Part shown: positions 46,948 to 56,753 of the stretch, piece after piece
Position numbering within the stretch: the stretch's first letter is position 1
Layout of the letters: the number at the start of each line of letters is the position of its first letter
Source of the DNA: an uncultured Erysipelotrichaceae bacterium
GTDB taxonomy: Bacteria > Bacillota_I > Bacilli_A > RFN20 > CAG-826
Direction: 5' to 3'
Length of the DNA stretch: 64,000 nucleotides
NCBI GenBank assembly: GCA_902800905.1
Contig: CADCGC010000001.1
Coordinates: 117,336-181,335 of the forward strand
The notes under the pieces: generated by a model
The model's input: only the letters and a program-made list of their open reading frames with translations
Database searches by the model: none
Told to the model about the DNA's origin: nothing
Position numbers and translations under genes: made by a program

Positions 46948-48263
46948 TATTTCTCCAATTTATATTTTATTTTATCATAAATAGAAATATCTTTTCCTAA
47001 TTGTATTTCAATTAGTTTTAATTGAGTGTTTGCAATGATAGTATGCTTAACTCCTGCTTCTATTTCTATAACATCGCCAGGAAAAACCTTCCTTTCAATG
47101 GAATCCAAAACAGCAACCCCTTCTCCAGAAACAATTATCCATTTTTCATCTCTTTTTAAATGAGAGTGGTAATTCATAGAATGCCCTGGGTTAAGAACAA
47201 CTTTTAACGTTAATGATTCATCTTCTATATTAACTATCTGATAACTGCCCCACGACCTTTCTGCAAACATTATTCTCTGATCAATACTATCTACATATGG
47301 TTTAATTTGAGACGAACATTCTTTACTGGTCACCAAAATACCTTCTGGCGAAGAAGCAACAATAACATCTTTCAACCCTATGGCCAAAACAGGGATTGAT
47401 AATTCATTAATAACACGGGTATCCTCACACGAATCACTAATTAATCCATTTCCTATAATTTCCTCATTGATAACATCAACAAGAGAAGACCAAGTTCCTA
47501 TATCCTTCCATTTACCAGTATATTTTAAAACAATTGGACTTTTCTCTTTTTCAACAAACGCATAATCAAAACTAATTTTATTCACTTCATTAAAAATAGA
47601 AAAAAGGTGTTTATAATTGCTGAAGCCTATTTCTCTTTTGGCTTTATTTAAAAAATAGCCAATTTTAAAAGCAAAAACTCCGCCATTCCAAAGAGCACCT
47701 TTTCCGATTAATTTTGATGCATAATCAAGCGATGGTTTTTCTTTAAATTCAACAACTTCACTGATTGTTTCTTTTGTTTTAGGAACAATGTAACCGTATT
47801 TTTCGCTAGGATACGCAGGCACTAACCCCATCAACGCGAGATTGCTTTTATTTTCGTTTATCAATTTACATAGTTTTAAACAGTCGCAAAAATAATCATC
47901 ATCAACAAATGAATCGATTGGACATACTATCACTGGTTCCTCTAAGCCAATCCCACAAGCATCAACCAAAAAAGAACACGCTAATGCAATTGCTGGAAAT
48001 GTGTCTCTTTTATAAGGCTCTATCGAAACTTTTACACCATCTCCAAGTTGATTGTTAATAATAGCTAATTGACTTTTCGATGTTGCTATAACAATATTAG
48101 CTTTTTCGTCAGCTTGTTTGATTTGGCGATAAACTCTTTGAACCATTGATTCATAGGTACCATCATTTTTCCGCAAAAACTTTATGAACTGTTTTGATCT
48201 AATATCGTTAGATAAAGGCCATAGTCTCTTTCCGGATCCTCCAGACAAAAGTATGATGTTCAT
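46947..48263 (-). CDS. manC: Mannose-1-phosphate guanylyltransferase with C-terminal cupin domain
   Basis: LSGGSGKRLWPLS, FKEKP, ISFDYA, WKDIGTW, ERSWGSY. Confidence 0.9.
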   Translation of the reverse strand: MNIILLSGGSGKRLWPLSNDIRSKQFIKFLRKNDGTYESMVQRVYRQIKQADEKANIVIATSKSQLAIINNQLGDGVKVSIEPYKRDTFPAIALACSFLVDACGIGLEEPVIVCPIDSFVDDDYFCDCLKLCKLINENKSNLALMGLVPAYPSEKYGYIVPKTKETISEVVEFKEKPSLDYASKLIGKGALWNGGVFAFKIGYFLNKAKREIGFSNYKHLFSIFNEVNKISFDYAFVEKEKSPIVLKYTGKWKDIGTWSSLVDVINEEIIGNGLISDSCEDTRVINELSIPVLAIGLKDVIVASSPEGILVTSKECSSQIKPYVDSIDQRIMFAERSWGSYQIVNIEDESLTLKVVLNPGHSMNYHSHLKRDEKWIIVSGEGVAVLDSIERKVFPGDVIEIEAGVKHTIIANTQLKLIEIQLGKDISIYDKIKYKLEK

Positions 48264-49201
48264 CTATTGGCCCTCATTGGGTTAGTTAAAAAGTCTTGAT
48301 AGGCCTTTATAATTCCATCTCGCAAGGTGGTTTTATGTGTCCAACCCATTTTTTTAATTTTGGAAATATCAAGCAATTTCCTCGGTGTTCCGTTTGGCTT
48401 GCTATTATCCCAAACGATTTGCCCTTTATATTCAACTATCTCAGCAATCAAATTAGCTAAATCTTTTATGCTTATTTCTTCACCTGTTCCTGCATTTACG
48501 GTTTCGTTTCCTGAATAATTATTCATTAAAAAAACACACAAATTAGCCAAGTCATCAACATACATAAATTCTCTAAGTGGTGAGCCATCTCCCCAACACA
48601 AAACACTTGCTTGATTATTAATTTTAGCTTCGTGAAATTTCCTTATTAAAGATGGTAAAACATGTGAATGAGTAGGATGGTAATTGTCGTTTGGACCATA
48701 TAAATTAGTTGGCATGACAGAGATATAATCTGTCCCATATTGTCTATTTAGATATTCACAATATTTTAAACCACTTATCTTCGCTAAAGCATATGCTTCA
48801 TTGGTTTGTTCTAAACTACTTGTTAGAAGACAGTTTTCTTTCATTGGCTGAGGAGCAAGTTTTGGATAAATGCAAGACGATCCTAAAAACAAAAGTTTTT
48901 TACAATTGTTTTTCCAAGCGGCGTGAATAACATTCATTTCCATAATCATATTATCGTACATAAAATCAGCTGGATGGTCGTTGTTAGCAACAATACCACC
49001 AACTTTTGCAGCCGCAAGAAAAACGTAATCAGGAGCTTCAACAGCAAAAAAATCATCCACTAGTTGTTGATTTCTTAAATCTAATTCTTTAGATGTTCTT
49101 GTAACAATATTGTTATAGCCTTGTTGTCTTAATTCTCTAACAATGGCAGACCCGACCATACCTCTATGGCCAGCTACATATATTTTTGCTTCTTTTTCCA
49201 T
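48260..49201 (-). CDS. fcl: GDP-L-fucose synthase
   Basis: GHRGMVGSA, AAAKVGGI, LGSSCIYP, YALAKI, MPTNLYGP. Confidence 0.95.
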   Translation of the reverse strand: MEKEAKIYVAGHRGMVGSAIVRELRQQGYNNIVTRTSKELDLRNQQLVDDFFAVEAPDYVFLAAAKVGGIVANNDHPADFMYDNMIMEMNVIHAAWKNNCKKLLFLGSSCIYPKLAPQPMKENCLLTSSLEQTNEAYALAKISGLKYCEYLNRQYGTDYISVMPTNLYGPNDNYHPTHSHVLPSLIRKFHEAKINNQASVLCWGDGSPLREFMYVDDLANLCVFLMNNYSGNETVNAGTGEEISIKDLANLIAEIVEYKGQIVWDNSKPNGTPRKLLDISKIKKMGWTHKTTLRDGIIKAYQDFLTNPMRANR

Positions 49202-49203
49202 AT

Positions 49204-50238
49204 TTATTGATTTTTCTTTTCTAATTTTGCCAATTGCCTATCGTGTTTTGACATTATTTTAACTAACTCTAAATAAGATGTTTTATTTGGATTCCATCCC
49301 AAAACAGTTTTTGCTTTGGTTGGATCTCCTAATAAATTATCAACATCAGTTGGTCTAAACCATTTAGGATTGACTTTAACGACAATTTTACCAGTAGCAA
49401 CATCTATTCCTTTTTCATCGAGTCCATGGCCTTCCCATTTAATATTGATACCATTATATTCAAAAACTCTTTCTATAAAATCCCTAACTGTGTGTTGAAT
49501 ACCAGTAGCAATGACAAAATCATCGGGTTTATCTTGCTGAAGCATCAACCACATGCATTCCACATAGTCTTTAGCGTATCCCCAATCTCTTAATGAATCT
49601 AGGTTACCAATTTCTAAACAATCTTGAAGCCCTTCAGCAATGCGACCTGCAGCTAAAGTAATTTTTCGCGTAACAAACGTTTCCCCTCTTCTTTCTGATT
49701 CATGGTTAAAAAGGATTCCGTTAACACAAAACATATCATAAGCTTCGCGATATTCTTTAATAATCCAAAAAGCATATTGTTTGGCCACAGCATAAGGAGA
49801 ATATGGGTAAAACGGGGTAGTCTCTTTCTGAGGTATTTCCTGAATTTTTCCAAATAGTTCGGATGTCGAAGCTTGATATATTTTGGTTTTCTTTTCAAGA
49901 TTTAATATACGAACCGCCTCAAGAATACGCAAAACGCCAATGGCATCAACTTCCCCAGAATATTCCGGAACATCAAACGACACTTGAACGTGTGATTGAG
50001 CTGCAAGATTATATATTTCATCTGGTTGAACTTCTTTAATAATTCTTATCAATGAAGTGGAATCTGTTAAATCACCATCATGAAGATTTATTTTATCTAA
50101 GATGTGCTTAATTCTTCCTGTATTAGAAACAGATGACCTTCTAACTATGCCGTGAACAATGTATCCTTTTTCTAATAATAGTTCAGCCAAGTAAGATCCA
50201 TCTTGACCTGTAATGCCTGTAATTAATGCTTTCTTCAT
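49204..50238 (-). CDS. gmd: GDP-mannose 4,6-dehydratase
   Basis: [38 protein letters not shown]. Confidence 0.96.
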   Translation of the reverse strand: MKKALITGITGQDGSYLAELLLEKGYIVHGIVRRSSVSNTGRIKHILDKINLHDGDLTDSTSLIRIIKEVQPDEIYNLAAQSHVQVSFDVPEYSGEVDAIGVLRILEAVRILNLEKKTKIYQASTSELFGKIQEIPQKETTPFYPYSPYAVAKQYAFWIIKEYREAYDMFCVNGILFNHESERRGETFVTRKITLAAGRIAEGLQDCLEIGNLDSLRDWGYAKDYVECMWLMLQQDKPDDFVIATGIQHTVRDFIERVFEYNGINIKWEGHGLDEKGIDVATGKIVVKVNPKWFRPTDVDNLLGDPTKAKTVLGWNPNKTSYLELVKIMSKHDRQLAKLEKKNQ

Positions 50239-50371
50239 TTGCCATTCCTCTTATATTATTTTAAAATATCATAGATTTGATATTTAAAAAACACTTAATA
50301 ACTCCATATATCAAAAAAAACAAAAAAGCAATAAGTTGTTTTTACTAAATATATTAATAATTAATTTTGAA

Positions 50372-51277
50372 TCAATTTACAATAGAACCATCCCTATAAA
50401 ACCTTATCCATTCAGGCGGACAAATGTCTATTTCTTTTCCATCTAAAAACCACTCGTTCGGACAAATAATTATTTTGTTTGGATTACGATTAAGAAACGC
50501 GCCCCACCAGTGAAATGTGCTGTTAACTATTATTGCATGTTTGCAATTCGACATTACAAACAATTCCTCTAAATCATCTGTTTGTTTATCGTTTTCGCGA
50601 AAAACAACTTTATAATTTCCAAAATCTAAATTGCTCCTACACCATTCAATGTCATTTGAAAATATATAAAAAACAGGTGAGTCGCATCTTTTCGCAATAT
50701 AATTCATGGCATTCAAATAATAATTATTAGAAAAAACACCATAATGATTCATTGCTTTTGTGGTCTTAACATAATCTCCTCTTCTAATTCCGACAAAAAC
50801 AGAATTCTCGTTAGAAATCGAATCAATAAATTCCAAATTTTTCTTGCTTATTGGTAATTTTGGTTTTATTTCATTCAGCAAAATGTTTTCGACCGAAAAA
50901 ACGTGCCTCCAAGATTGCCAATAACCATCGAAATAACTTATCGATTTTTTGAACTCTTTAATTTCAATATATTTTCTGTTTTTCTCAAAAAAATATTTTC
51001 TATTCAAAAGGTTTTCAATTGCGATTCCAAATTTATATTTCAAAGAGGTCGGGTTAGAATTATGTGGAAACAAACATACTTTTTTAACATCATTTAAGTT
51101 CGCTTCTTTCAAAGAAATATTCAAATCTTTAAGCCTGGGCTTTTGCGTTTTGGAATTGCTCTTATAACAGTAGTTAAAATCAAGTTTAACATCATTTCCT
51201 TTTGAAGCAAGGCACATAGCAAACGAGTACTGGAAAAGTTGATTGCCAATTCCACCTTTAATTTTGACTATCTTCAT
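50372..51277 (-). CDS. Alpha-1,2-fucosyltransferase (GT11)
   Basis: GGIGNQLFQY, DGYWQS, IRRGDY, NSTFHWWGA. Confidence 0.9.
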   Translation of the reverse strand: MKIVKIKGGIGNQLFQYSFAMCLASKGNDVKLDFNYCYKSNSKTQKPRLKDLNISLKEANLNDVKKVCLFPHNSNPTSLKYKFGIAIENLLNRKYFFEKNRKYIEIKEFKKSISYFDGYWQSWRHVFSVENILLNEIKPKLPISKKNLEFIDSISNENSVFVGIRRGDYVKTTKAMNHYGVFSNNYYLNAMNYIAKRCDSPVFYIFSNDIEWCRSNLDFGNYKVVFRENDKQTDDLEELFVMSNCKHAIIVNSTFHWWGAFLNRNPNKIIICPNEWFLDGKEIDICPPEWIRFYRDGSIVN

Positions 51278-51295
51278 ATAAGCATTACCTCCTTG

Positions 51296-52381
51296 TTATT
51301 CATTACTAAAAATGCTTAAAAAGAGATTACGATTATACTCATACGTAAAACGTTTCCCGTTTTTTAAAGCGCCTGTTTTCAGTTGAGATAGTTTTTCTTT
51401 GTCGCTTATCAATAGTTTTATATCGTTTGTCAATTCTGGCACATCTCCAACTCTATAAATTATAGAGTCAACACCATCTTTGAGCAGTTCACTGGATTGA
51501 ACAAAGTTAGAAGAAATAATTGGCAAGCCAACCAATAATGCCTCAACAATTGTTCCAGGGACTCCTTCCGGATAATGTGTTGTAAAGCACATAAAATCAT
51601 ATTGGCTAAGCAATTCTAAAGAATTGTTTTGATCTACTTGCCCTAAATATTTGACATTATTCATTTTTTTGAGAAGAGAATTAAAAGAATCCATCTCTTT
51701 TTTTGTTAATTGATTCATACCGTATATATCTAAAAAAACATTTTTGTCATGAATAAAGCACATGGCATTAAGCAAATCAAAAATACCCTTTTTCTTCTCG
51801 ACTCTAGCAAAATAAACAATCTTTGTAGTTTTTTTGTGAGTAGTTGATATATGTTCACTACTATTTGAAACATCTTTAAAGTTGGTAAGTGTTATGCAGT
51901 TGTTTAACTCAAATAACTTTTCATAACATCGAGAAATAATATCTGTTTCAGGAAGAATAACATCTATTTTTTTAAGGTGTTTCTCCATTCTTTTATCCTT
52001 ATAGCCATCAAATTGATGAAGAACAAAAAAATCATAAGGCTTTTTTATCTTTTTTCTAATAATCACACCATTCCCAATTTGTGAATAAATAAATTTTTTC
52101 TTATTTTTCCTATTAAGGAAATTTATATACGGAATCAGCGTTCTAGATCCTTTTTGTGCTGCCATTAGCAAAATAAAATCACATTTTTTGATATTTCTTT
52201 TAATATCCATTAATATTGAAACTATATGTTTTTTCCACCCATCAAGATCGATAAGAGTTACATCAAATCCCTCTTTTTTTAAGATGTTAAAATATAATCT
52301 AGTTTTTCCTCTTTGACCATCAAAAATTGGCTTCCAGTGGCCGTTGTTCCCTATAAGCAACACTTTTTTTCCTTTGCCCAT
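51296..52381 (-). CDS. Glycosyltransferase, GT4/GT-B fold
   Basis: ARVEKKKG, EGVPGTIVEALLVGLPII. Confidence 0.85.
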   Translation of the reverse strand: MGKGKKVLLIGNNGHWKPIFDGQRGKTRLYFNILKKEGFDVTLIDLDGWKKHIVSILMDIKRNIKKCDFILLMAAQKGSRTLIPYINFLNRKNKKKFIYSQIGNGVIIRKKIKKPYDFFVLHQFDGYKDKRMEKHLKKIDVILPETDIISRCYEKLFELNNCITLTNFKDVSNSSEHISTTHKKTTKIVYFARVEKKKGIFDLLNAMCFIHDKNVFLDIYGMNQLTKKEMDSFNSLLKKMNNVKYLGQVDQNNSLELLSQYDFMCFTTHYPEGVPGTIVEALLVGLPIISSNFVQSSELLKDGVDSIIYRVGDVPELTNDIKLLISDKEKLSQLKTGALKNGKRFTYEYNRNLFLSIFSNE

Positions 52382-52386
52382 AACAG

Positions 52387-53145
52387 CTAATCCTTTTTTG
52401 AGCGATATTTAATTGACTTCACTATGTAAAAAAAAGCATTTCTTATGGAAAGAATGGACGAGAACAAAAAATTATAACCATAAAGTTTTTGAAACAAAAT
52501 CCTGTGGTATTTTAATAGTTTGATTTTGCTCCCAGATGAGATTCCATTGTTTTTCCTATAATAGGCCAAAGTTTCATTTAGTAAATAACAGTCAACTCTT
52601 TCTGACAATTTTAGCCAAAGTGCGTAATCATTTCTTTTATATATATCAAAAGGAATTTGCAAGTCTGGAAATACCTCTTTTTTGTACATTACTGTCAAGC
52701 AACCAACATAATCGATTCTCAAAAAATCTTTGTGTTTTATTCTTTTAGGAGCGGTGATGCAGTAGCCATTAAGCACACCGTTTTCATCAATTTCTTCATA
52801 ATTAGTGCACGAAAAAGAAATATGGTTTTCCTCCATAAATGAGATTTGCTTTTTTAATTTATCTTTTTCCCATAAATCATCACCATCAACAAAAGCAATG
52901 TATTCTCCTTTGGCATTTTTTAATGCAACATTTCTTGAAAAAGCAGCACCTTTGTTTACATCGTTCACAAAAATTCTTATTCTTTTATCATTAAATGATT
53001 TGACAATCTCAACGGTATTATCTGTTGAGCAATCATCAACGACCAAAACCTCAAAATCTTTATATGATTGTGACAAAATAGATTTTAATGTCTCAGCAAT
53101 AAACTTTGAGCTATTAAATGTTGGGGTTACGATTGAAATTTTCAT
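52387..53145 (-). CDS. Glycosyltransferase family 2
   Basis: ISIVTPTFN, VDDCSTD, AFVDGDDLW, RNDYALW. Confidence 0.9.
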   Translation of the reverse strand: MKISIVTPTFNSSKFIAETLKSILSQSYKDFEVLVVDDCSTDNTVEIVKSFNDKRIRIFVNDVNKGAAFSRNVALKNAKGEYIAFVDGDDLWEKDKLKKQISFMEENHISFSCTNYEEIDENGVLNGYCITAPKRIKHKDFLRIDYVGCLTVMYKKEVFPDLQIPFDIYKRNDYALWLKLSERVDCYLLNETLAYYRKNNGISSGSKIKLLKYHRILFQKLYGYNFLFSSILSIRNAFFYIVKSIKYRSKKD

Positions 53146-53148
53146 GAT

Positions 53149-54060
53149 TTAATCTCTTATTTTTTGAATGGCTTTTTTTAAAAAAGCTTTTCTTTTGTTT
53201 TTCCTTTTTGATTCGTAAAGTTTAAACTTTTCACAATAATAATTAAACTTTTCATTTTTAGTATACTTGTATAAAACAGAAAGTTGAGCAATGTGCAAGT
53301 GATGATAAAAAGGCGACGCTATTGTTTTGTCGTTTCTATACATGCTCCAATACCCATTATCCATTGCTTCAAGTCTTTTTGTCAAACTAAGTATTGTCTT
53401 ATCTAAAATAATTTTGTACTTTTTGTCTTTTGTAAAAATAACATAATCCATTAGCCCAAAAATAGCAAACATCCATCCATTATACACATATGGAAAACAT
53501 GTAAATTCATATAAAATTATGTCATCGCCAGTGTATTCAGTTGTACCGCCTTCGCTTAAGGGTAATAGCATAAAATCCAAAGCTTTTTTTGCGGCTTTTA
53601 AATAAGCTTCATTTTTTGTCAAAATATAACCTCTAATCAATAAAGAACACCCTTCGCCCTGCGCCATAGCAGAAAAAGGTGAGTCAGGATACGTGTGCGA
53701 AAAATTTAGCCAAGAGCCATCCTCATTTTGTGTAGAAAGAGCCCATTCTAATTGAGACATAAATTTCTTATTCATTAAGTCGCAATCGACTCTTTGCAAT
53801 AATAAATCATACGCGCCAAGTCCATATTGAAAAACCGCAATTGGAAAATAATACTCTTGGTTTTTTTCATCGATGCATTTTATAACTTCCCAACTTTCAT
53901 AATTGTTTTTATCTTTTGTCACCTTTTCGGTAAGGTTGTTATAATAACCAGCAACAGTTAAAAATGAGTAATTCTTCCCCTCATCCTGATTGACATGAAG
54001 GATACTCTTACCTGTAATCATCTTCCACCATTTTTTAATATTGCCAAATGTCAAAGCCAT
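53149..54060 (-). CDS. D-glucuronyl C5-epimerase family protein
   Basis: QYGLGAY, SAMAQGEG, YNGWMFAIFGL, YWSMY, ASPFYHHLHIAQL. Confidence 0.82.
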   Translation of the reverse strand: MALTFGNIKKWWKMITGKSILHVNQDEGKNYSFLTVAGYYNNLTEKVTKDKNNYESWEVIKCIDEKNQEYYFPIAVFQYGLGAYDLLLQRVDCDLMNKKFMSQLEWALSTQNEDGSWLNFSHTYPDSPFSAMAQGEGCSLLIRGYILTKNEAYLKAAKKALDFMLLPLSEGGTTEYTGDDIILYEFTCFPYVYNGWMFAIFGLMDYVIFTKDKKYKIILDKTILSLTKRLEAMDNGYWSMYRNDKTIASPFYHHLHIAQLSVLYKYTKNEKFNYYCEKFKLYESKRKNKRKAFLKKAIQKIRD

Positions 54061-54122
54061 AATGTAAGTATTATACTTAATGTTTTTATTTTAATAAATA
54101 TATTTTATTTGGAGAAAAGGCA

Positions 54123-55304
54123 TCAATTGTTTTCAATAAATTCTTTAATCTGCTTTGAAAAAACAGTTTTATCTAAGTAATCAACAGCGGTTTTGCGAGA
54201 ATTCTTTCTCATTTTTAAGTATTCATCATCACTTAAAGACATAGCACATTTTAAAGCATTTGAAAAATCAAGTGGAGAATCGCTTTTTGCAACAATTCCG
54301 TTATACATATCTTTCATGAACAAATCCATATCGCCAGTAATATTTGCAATTACAGGCGTCGACAGTGCCCAACTCTCAGAAACTTTTGTAGGAAAGCCGG
54401 CTTTAGATAGCCTTTTATTTTCGGGTTTTAATAGCAAAGAGTAATCACTATTAGAATATAGTTCTATTACTTTTTCGTGCTTGACCCTTCCTAAATAATG
54501 ACAATAATTATCACTTTTGATTAATTCGTCGTTTGTTAAACCAAGATCCCTCATTTGCTCTCTTGTAACACCTGCAAATGTTAATGAGAACTTGCAACGA
54601 TCTTTATCATCTAGAAGAAGCAATCCTTTAACTGCATTAATGATTGTGTCTCTGGAGCCAAACGGCGCACCGGCATAAATGATTCTTATCAAATCACTTT
54701 TTTTATAATTTGAATTAATCATTGTGTTCACATCAAAAAAGAAAGGAACAAAAATACTTTTTGTTTGTTGTTTTATAAATAAATCTCTCAAAAATGTTGT
54801 AATAGAAATAACAACACCACTCTTACTATATTTTTTTATTATTCGTCTAGCTGGTATGTAATTGCAAAAAACACCAATTAAATCTCTTTGCTGTGAGAAA
54901 TTTTGAAATTCAACAATGTCAAATACAATTTTAATGTCGTTCTTTTTGCTTAGCCTAATTATCTTTCTCATTAAAGAAGACGGTATTACTTGATAGACAA
55001 AGATATAATCAATTTGTTTTTTTAGCATAAGCATTTTTATTTTTTTCATAATTCTATGTGTAGGAAAAATAAAAGCAAAGATTTTTTCAAACACACTATT
55101 ATTTTTGCTTGTATTATATGTAGGATGAATATCATAACCATTTTTAACGGTATAGACTTCGTTAGTATTAGCAGGTGCTTGTCCGATGGCATCAAAACAA
55201 TAGCCCTGATCAATCAAGGCATCGATAATACTGCTTACACGTAAAGCACTAGCGTTTTGATTTGGTAGGCTTGCTCCAAAAGCTATATAAATACAATTTT
55301 TCAT
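54123..55304 (-). CDS. Glycosyltransferase, GT-B fold
   Basis: IIYAG, YLGRVKH, GFPTKVSESWALSTPVI. Confidence 0.82.
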   Translation of the reverse strand: MKNCIYIAFGASLPNQNASALRVSSIIDALIDQGYCFDAIGQAPANTNEVYTVKNGYDIHPTYNTSKNNSVFEKIFAFIFPTHRIMKKIKMLMLKKQIDYIFVYQVIPSSLMRKIIRLSKKNDIKIVFDIVEFQNFSQQRDLIGVFCNYIPARRIIKKYSKSGVVISITTFLRDLFIKQQTKSIFVPFFFDVNTMINSNYKKSDLIRIIYAGAPFGSRDTIINAVKGLLLLDDKDRCKFSLTFAGVTREQMRDLGLTNDELIKSDNYCHYLGRVKHEKVIELYSNSDYSLLLKPENKRLSKAGFPTKVSESWALSTPVIANITGDMDLFMKDMYNGIVAKSDSPLDFSNALKCAMSLSDDEYLKMRKNSRKTAVDYLDKTVFSKQIKEFIENN

Positions 55305-55316
55305 TTTTCTCTCCTA

Positions 55317-56753
55317 TTAAATTTCAATTTCACAATAATTGACATCTTTTTCCTTTTTTATAACCAAAATATGATAAAAATAGTAAAAAGTAATTATCAA
55401 AGATATAACAATAGCCACCCATCCAGAAACATTATTAATTATAAACAAAACAGTATTTTTGATAGAAAACTTCTTAATTAATATTAATAAACTAAGAGGC
55501 AATATTACCCAGCAAGAATATGTTAAAATACTAGCAACAACAGAGGAATGCAAAGCTTTCTTTTTAAAAATATGTTTTAAAAAGAACATTAGAATAGATA
55601 AAGCAATAAATAATATACCAACAAGAATATATAAAGGTGATCTCATCGAATTCAAAAGCACAATAATGGATGGATATAATGTTGTTTCGTTTGTAACATT
55701 GTTAATCGGCATATTATTAGGGACAGAAAAATCTGTCTTAATAAAAGTTTTTAAATACTGTAAATCATCGTACATATTCATATTCACTTTATATTCGTTT
55801 CCAACCGATAAGAACAATCTTGCTGGTTCAAAGCAAAAATTACTTAACGAGCACTTAAAATATATATACTCTCCTGTCGAACTCGAATATAAATTGTTTC
55901 TAAATAACGTGTCTTTTAATTCAGGATTATAATAACCGCCAACCTTAAACAAGTAACTTATTTCCCCAAAATCTGCCACAATATTCTCACCAATAGAATT
56001 CAAAGGATTACCACTTCCGATTAATGAAGCGAATGTGTCGGGTATAACTATTGGTATAGCGTTTACTTTTGTTGTTTTTCCTTCGTCTACAACTTCAATT
56101 TGAATTCGAGCTTCAAAGTTTTTATAGGAAGCTATTAATGTAGCAGTACCTGTGCTAAAAGCAGTAATCACTCCGGCTTCATCAACATTAAAAATGTTAA
56201 CATCAGTACTTGTCCAAGCAATTAAATTGTTCTCAATATACTCTTCACCATTTCTAACCCGAACCGAATCAACTTCGCCAACAGGTAGTATCATATGGTC
56301 GAATTCAAAATACAAGTTGTCTTTTGATTCAAAAAAAGCTTCTGAAAAAGTTGATGGATATGTCAATTTTAAAAGATTAGTAGAAAAAGATGGCCTCTCT
56401 TCTAAATATGATAGATCCGAAAATGAATAAGTATAATCAATGTTATCATAACTAATTTTTATAGGGTTTGTTTCAGACCAAAGACAGCCATAATTATAGT
56501 ATTTTTGTCCACCATTAAATGAGTTCACAAAATTACTATATTTTTCTATTTTATCCTTGGATAGATTCTCTCTAATGTTGTATTCAAAAATCAATGTATT
56601 AAACGGAGTATTTTTCTTCGAATAATTATCAGCGTTAGCAAAAGCTATTTTTTCGTAATTTGGTGACAAAAGGGAGATACCAATAATCATCAACAAAAAT
56701 TGAAAAAACAAAACAACTGATTGCAGAATTACAAATAAGGTTTTTTTGTTCAT
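55317..56753 (-). CDS. Membrane protein with an Ig-like (Big_2) domain and MacB/FtsX-like topology
   Basis: One N-terminal and three C-terminal TM segments. WTSTDVNIFNVDEAGVITAFSTGTATLIAS is Big_2-like. Confidence 0.6.
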   Translation of the reverse strand: MNKKTLFVILQSVVLFFQFLLMIIGISLLSPNYEKIAFANADNYSKKNTPFNTLIFEYNIRENLSKDKIEKYSNFVNSFNGGQKYYNYGCLWSETNPIKISYDNIDYTYSFSDLSYLEERPSFSTNLLKLTYPSTFSEAFFESKDNLYFEFDHMILPVGEVDSVRVRNGEEYIENNLIAWTSTDVNIFNVDEAGVITAFSTGTATLIASYKNFEARIQIEVVDEGKTTKVNAIPIVIPDTFASLIGSGNPLNSIGENIVADFGEISYLFKVGGYYNPELKDTLFRNNLYSSSTGEYIYFKCSLSNFCFEPARLFLSVGNEYKVNMNMYDDLQYLKTFIKTDFSVPNNMPINNVTNETTLYPSIIVLLNSMRSPLYILVGILFIALSILMFFLKHIFKKKALHSSVVASILTYSCWVILPLSLLILIKKFSIKNTVLFIINNVSGWVAIVISLIITFYYFYHILVIKKEKDVNYCEIEI

